Positions 6,960-10,113 of a DNA stretch of 10,113 nucleotides are shown here, piece by piece (position 1 is the first letter of the stretch; every line of letters starts with the position of its first letter). Source of the stretch: Candidatus Latescibacterota bacterium (GTDB lineage Bacteria > Latescibacterota > UBA2968); contig JAYODI010000128.1 in assembly GCA_038279365.1 (NCBI GenBank), positions 1 to 10,113 on the forward strand, in the 5' to 3' direction. The notes below the pieces were generated by a model that was given only the letters and a program-made list of their open reading frames with translations, was not told the origin of the DNA and made no database searches. Made by a program: the position numbers and the translations under genes.

Positions 6960-8369
6960 TCATAACCGTTCTTCTTCGCGTGCACCAATCTCTTTATCAA
7001 CTTGCGCCATCATCCTATCCAACGCTTTTTGAAACCCCCTATTGACAAAGGCATCCAAAGCCACATCATCAAATTCGGCCATCCACAACTCCAAAGCCTC
7101 GCGCAATTTGTCAATCTCACCCGCATAATTGGGGTCATCAATCAAATTGTGCAACGCATCGGGGTCATTTTCAAAATCGTAAAACTCCTCCAATACCCGA
7201 AATGAAAACAACCGATTGCGCGCAGCAATTTGTGCATCATTTTCGGCAGCCTTTTCCATGGCTTGCCACGTGCGCCCACTTTGAGATTCATTGCGAAATT
7301 CTCGTTTGCCATTTGCCCACGGATTAAAAATGTATCCAAATCGTTTGTTTTGCACGCACCGCATAGGAAAGTTTCGACGTGCCGATGTTTGATGAAACTG
7401 TGTAAAAACCAACTTTCGGCCATCTTGTTTTTCACCACGCAAAACGGGCAAAAACGAATGGCCATTCACACCTTCAGGCACCTCTACACCCACAGCATCT
7501 AAAATTGTGGGCATAAAATCGACACCAGAAATAAAATGGGCATCATCCACACGCCCCGCCTTAATTACTTTGGGCCATCGTGCCAACCACGGCGTGCGTG
7601 TGCTGTTGAGATAACAATTGGTTTTGGCAAAAGGAAAGGCCATCCCATTGTCAGACAAAAACATCACCAACGTGTCTTCGGCCACACCTGTTTCATCCAA
7701 TACATCCAACAACCGCCCCACCGTGTCATCACAGCGTCTCACCGAATTGTAATATTCTGCAATTTCCAAACGCACTTCGGGAATGTCTGCCAAAAACGCA
7801 GGTACCACCACGTCGCTGGGTGCAAACGTGCAAGAAGGCGGCACAGCCGGTGGATCGGTTTTTGAATACCATTCTTCGCGATCATTGCCATAAAATGGGC
7901 GATGGGGGTCGTGTGAATTGGCCATAAGAAAAAACGGTTTCTTGGCATCCACGGCGTCTTGCACAAAGTTACGCGCATGGCCATAATACACTTCGGGGTT
8001 TCGCCCCATGCCCAACTCGGCCTGATCATATGCCATATCCCACTCAAAATGAGCATACGGTGTAGAATGCCCTTGTTTGCCTAAGATGCCCACGGAATAA
8101 CCCGCCTGACGCAACAAGTCTGGCAAAATGGGAACACCATCAAACCGCAAATGGTAAAATCCTTCACCGCCACTGCAATGTGGATAGCGCCCCGTCATCA
8201 GTGCTGAGCGACTCGGTTGGCACACCGCAATGGTCACATGCCCGTGGTTAAACCGCACACCACCAGACGCCAAACGATCAATGTTGGGCGTTGTGCCTTT
8301 TGTGGCACAACCAAATGCGCCCACCGCATCCCAATTCATGTCGTCTGCTGTAATCAATAAAATGTTCAT
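6960..8369 (-). CDS. Formylglycine-dependent (S1) sulfatase, N-sulfoglucosamine sulfohydrolase (SGSH)-like, 469 aa
   Basis: NILLITADD metal site. Signature CQPSRSALMTGRYPH (CxPxR). Also GKQGH, DPHRPF, FLSDNG, AKTNCY and EFYDFENDP. Starts at residue 1 with the catalytic domain, so no signal peptide. Begins 9 nt after the ThuA stop. Confidence 0.93.
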   Translation of the reverse strand: MNILLITADDMNWDAVGAFGCATKGTTPNIDRLASGGVRFNHGHVTIAVCQPSRSALMTGRYPHCSGGEGFYHLRFDGVPILPDLLRQAGYSVGILGKQGHSTPYAHFEWDMAYDQAELGMGRNPEVYYGHARNFVQDAVDAKKPFFLMANSHDPHRPFYGNDREEWYSKTDPPAVPPSCTFAPSDVVVPAFLADIPEVRLEIAEYYNSVRRCDDTVGRLLDVLDETGVAEDTLVMFLSDNGMAFPFAKTNCYLNSTRTPWLARWPKVIKAGRVDDAHFISGVDFMPTILDAVGVEVPEGVNGHSFLPVLRGEKQDGRKLVFTQFHQTSARRNFPMRCVQNKRFGYIFNPWANGKREFRNESQSGRTWQAMEKAAENDAQIAARNRLFSFRVLEEFYDFENDPDALHNLIDDPNYAGEIDKLREALELWMAEFDDVALDAFVNRGFQKALDRMMAQVDKEIGAREEERL

Positions 8370-8378
8370 AACCCTACC

Positions 8379-9044
8379 TTAATTTTCTAAACCCGCCGCC
8401 CATTTGATACATCCTGTAATGTGTTCGCGAAACCAATCTTGATGCCACAATTCATCTGGGTGACCAAGAGCCGTATACATCACACGCCCTTGACCATATT
8501 CATGACACCAGCCCATGGCATAGTCGTGGTCTTCTCGGTTCCCTTTTTCCAAATTGACCGTGTCATTATCAAGGCGCATCAAGACATGTGTGTTTTTTCT
8601 GTCGTAGTTTTTAAATGTATAAATTTCATCTTTCACCTTAAAATGTTCACCCAACATTTTGGTTGCGGGGTGATTTGTATCTTCAACAACAATCCCCACC
8701 TCCTGATGCCACGGATGTCCTTTAAACCATCCGCCCAACATCTCACCATACTCAGGCCAATCATAACACGTATCTGTGGCGTTGTGTACGCCCAAAAACC
8801 CTTTGCCATTTTTTACAAAATCTAAAATGGCTTGTTTTTGGGCATCATCAAAAGCCAAGTTTCCCGTTGTTGCAAATGCCAGCACATCAAATTTTTCCAA
8901 ATTTTCGGCAGTAATTCGATCCAACCGATGTGTGGTTAACACCCCCCATCCATTGGCTTTTCCAATTTGCTTAAATGCCACCTCGGCATCGGGCAAATAA
9001 CTGTGTTCAAACCCTGCCGAATGTCTCAAAAACAAAATATTCAT
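8379..9044 (-). CDS. ThuA-like domain protein (class I glutamine-amidotransferase-like fold), 221 aa
   Basis: ATG 9044 is 6 nt from the GAGGAG RBS (GTG 9047 is an alternative). ThuA motifs AGFEH, GKGFLGVHNATDT, GGWFKGHP, DEIY and GRVMYTALGH. Confidence 0.9.
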   Translation of the reverse strand: MNILFLRHSAGFEHSYLPDAEVAFKQIGKANGWGVLTTHRLDRITAENLEKFDVLAFATTGNLAFDDAQKQAILDFVKNGKGFLGVHNATDTCYDWPEYGEMLGGWFKGHPWHQEVGIVVEDTNHPATKMLGEHFKVKDEIYTFKNYDRKNTHVLMRLDNDTVNLEKGNREDHDYAMGWCHEYGQGRVMYTALGHPDELWHQDWFREHITGCIKWAAGLEN

Positions 9045-9072
9045 CACAGACTCCTCTGTTCAATTTTGATAT

Positions 9073-10113
9073 CTAAAGCTCCTTGCGAGACACAACCTTG
9101 TCGGGATCAATTTCATACCCAAATCCGGGTCCCTCTGGAATATGAAAATATCCATCAATGGGTTCGTAGAAATCACGATAAAAATACTGTACATTATGAT
9201 TGATCTTCACACCCCACTCACCCAAAGGGCTAAATCGGGTGGGCAACGTAAACAACATATGCATGGCATGGCGACACGACTCATTGGCGTGTGGAATCAT
9301 GGGCACACTGTGTGTAGACGTCAATACCGCTATTTTACGCAACTCTGTCATACCACCAATCACAAACAACTCAGGTTGTAAAACAGACGCAAAACCACGA
9401 TCTATGGCTTGTGCAAAAACGCGTCGGGTATTGAGGCGTTCCCCAAAAGCAAGGGGAATGGATATGTGTTGCGCAAGTTGTTCATACGCGTCAAAATCGT
9501 CGGGATTAAGAGGTTCTTCTAACCATGTCAAATCCAACTCTTCCAATTGTTTTGCCAACTCAATCGCATACAAAACAGAATTGCGTGACGAATTGGACAA
9601 AATACAATCCACCATAATATCCACATCGGGGCCAACTTCATCGCGCACAGCACACACCAAATCCACATTATGCCTTAAACCCGCTTTGCCCGCTTCTTCA
9701 TTATGAGGCAAATACCATTTAAGTGCCGTAAACCCTTTCTCGACCCATTCGGCAGATCGTTCAGCCGCTTTCTCGGGGTCTGTATCAAACCCCAACATAC
9801 CCGCATATGCACGAATTTCTTCACGCACAGGCCCACCCAGCAACCGACATATCGATTCACCACGTATCTTCCCCAACAAATCCCATAGCGCCAAATCGAG
9901 CACCGACAACGCAGACAAATTTCGAGTTGGCGAATGGGGGCGTGTGGTCAATTTTTCCCAAATCACTTCATAACAAGCAGGATCTTCTCCAATCAAATGT
10001 CGGCCTAAAGCTTTTACTTCAGCCGAACCACCAGGGCACAAACCCGTGATGCCCTCATCGGTCACAATCTCAGTAAAAGTTTGCCGATACGGTGATGATT
10101 CACCCGGAGCCAA
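9073..10113 (-). CDS. Mandelate racemase/muconate lactonizing enzyme family protein, L-rhamnonate-dehydratase-like subgroup; 5' end lies outside the window
   Basis: SALSVLDLALWDLLGK...LLGG capping-domain motif. Metal ligands MVD, WLEEP and FGE. His in IPHA and C-terminal PEGPGFG. The frame is open to the window edge. Confidence 0.92.
   Translation of the reverse strand: MAPGESSPYRQTFTEIVTDEGITGLCPGGSAEVKALGRHLIGEDPACYEVIWEKLTTRPHSPTRNLSALSVLDLALWDLLGKIRGESICRLLGGPVREEIRAYAGMLGFDTDPEKAAERSAEWVEKGFTALKWYLPHNEEAGKAGLRHNVDLVCAVRDEVGPDVDIMVDCILSNSSRNSVLYAIELAKQLEELDLTWLEEPLNPDDFDAYEQLAQHISIPLAFGERLNTRRVFAQAIDRGFASVLQPELFVIGGMTELRKIAVLTSTHSVPMIPHANESCRHAMHMLFTLPTRFSPLGEWGVKINHNVQYFYRDFYEPIDGYFHIPEGPGFGYEIDPDKVVSRKEL

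Noticed and set aside
5963..10049. Multiple 60-170 aa plus-strand and alternate-frame ORFs
   Set aside because: All lie within or opposite well-supported CDSs and show no independent coding signal.
1..10113. CRISPR array, tRNA/rRNA, IS/integrase, defence system or riboswitch
   Set aside because: No periodic repeats, cloverleaf, or transposase/nuclease motifs were seen by eye, and intergenic gaps are short. An Rfam/Infernal scan of 2968-3053 and 4086-4406 would be needed to exclude ncRNA fully.

Overview
Gene-dense bacterial window (by eye mid-40s % GC) holding an uncharacterised catabolic enzyme cluster. I saw no RNA genes, CRISPR array or mobile elements. On the minus strand, from the right edge: a 5'-truncated mandelate-racemase/enolase-superfamily (rhamnonate-dehydratase-like) enzyme, a ThuA-like protein, a Cys-type SGSH-like sulfatase and an unannotated all-beta protein (Ig-like plus ConA/DUF1080-like by my reading). 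Next comes a single plus-strand MlrC/M81 metallo-amidohydrolase with its own sigma70 promoter. Divergent from it, on the minus strand, are an unlisted 45-codon ORF, a Tdh-like Zn dehydrogenase, a PhyH Fe(II)/2OG dioxygenase, a probably secreted beta-helix (pectate-lyase-superfamily) protein and a 96-aa orphan, closed by an intrinsic terminator. I re-assigned four start codons from the ORF track using RBS, promoter and homology evidence. Working hypothesis (inference): a pathway for a sulfated or N-substituted glycan or sugar acid, possibly using 3-keto-sugar chemistry. The gene mix resembles marine Latescibacterota/Poribacteria/Chloroflexota genomes, but taxonomy is unverified. All family calls are from motif recognition, not database searches.
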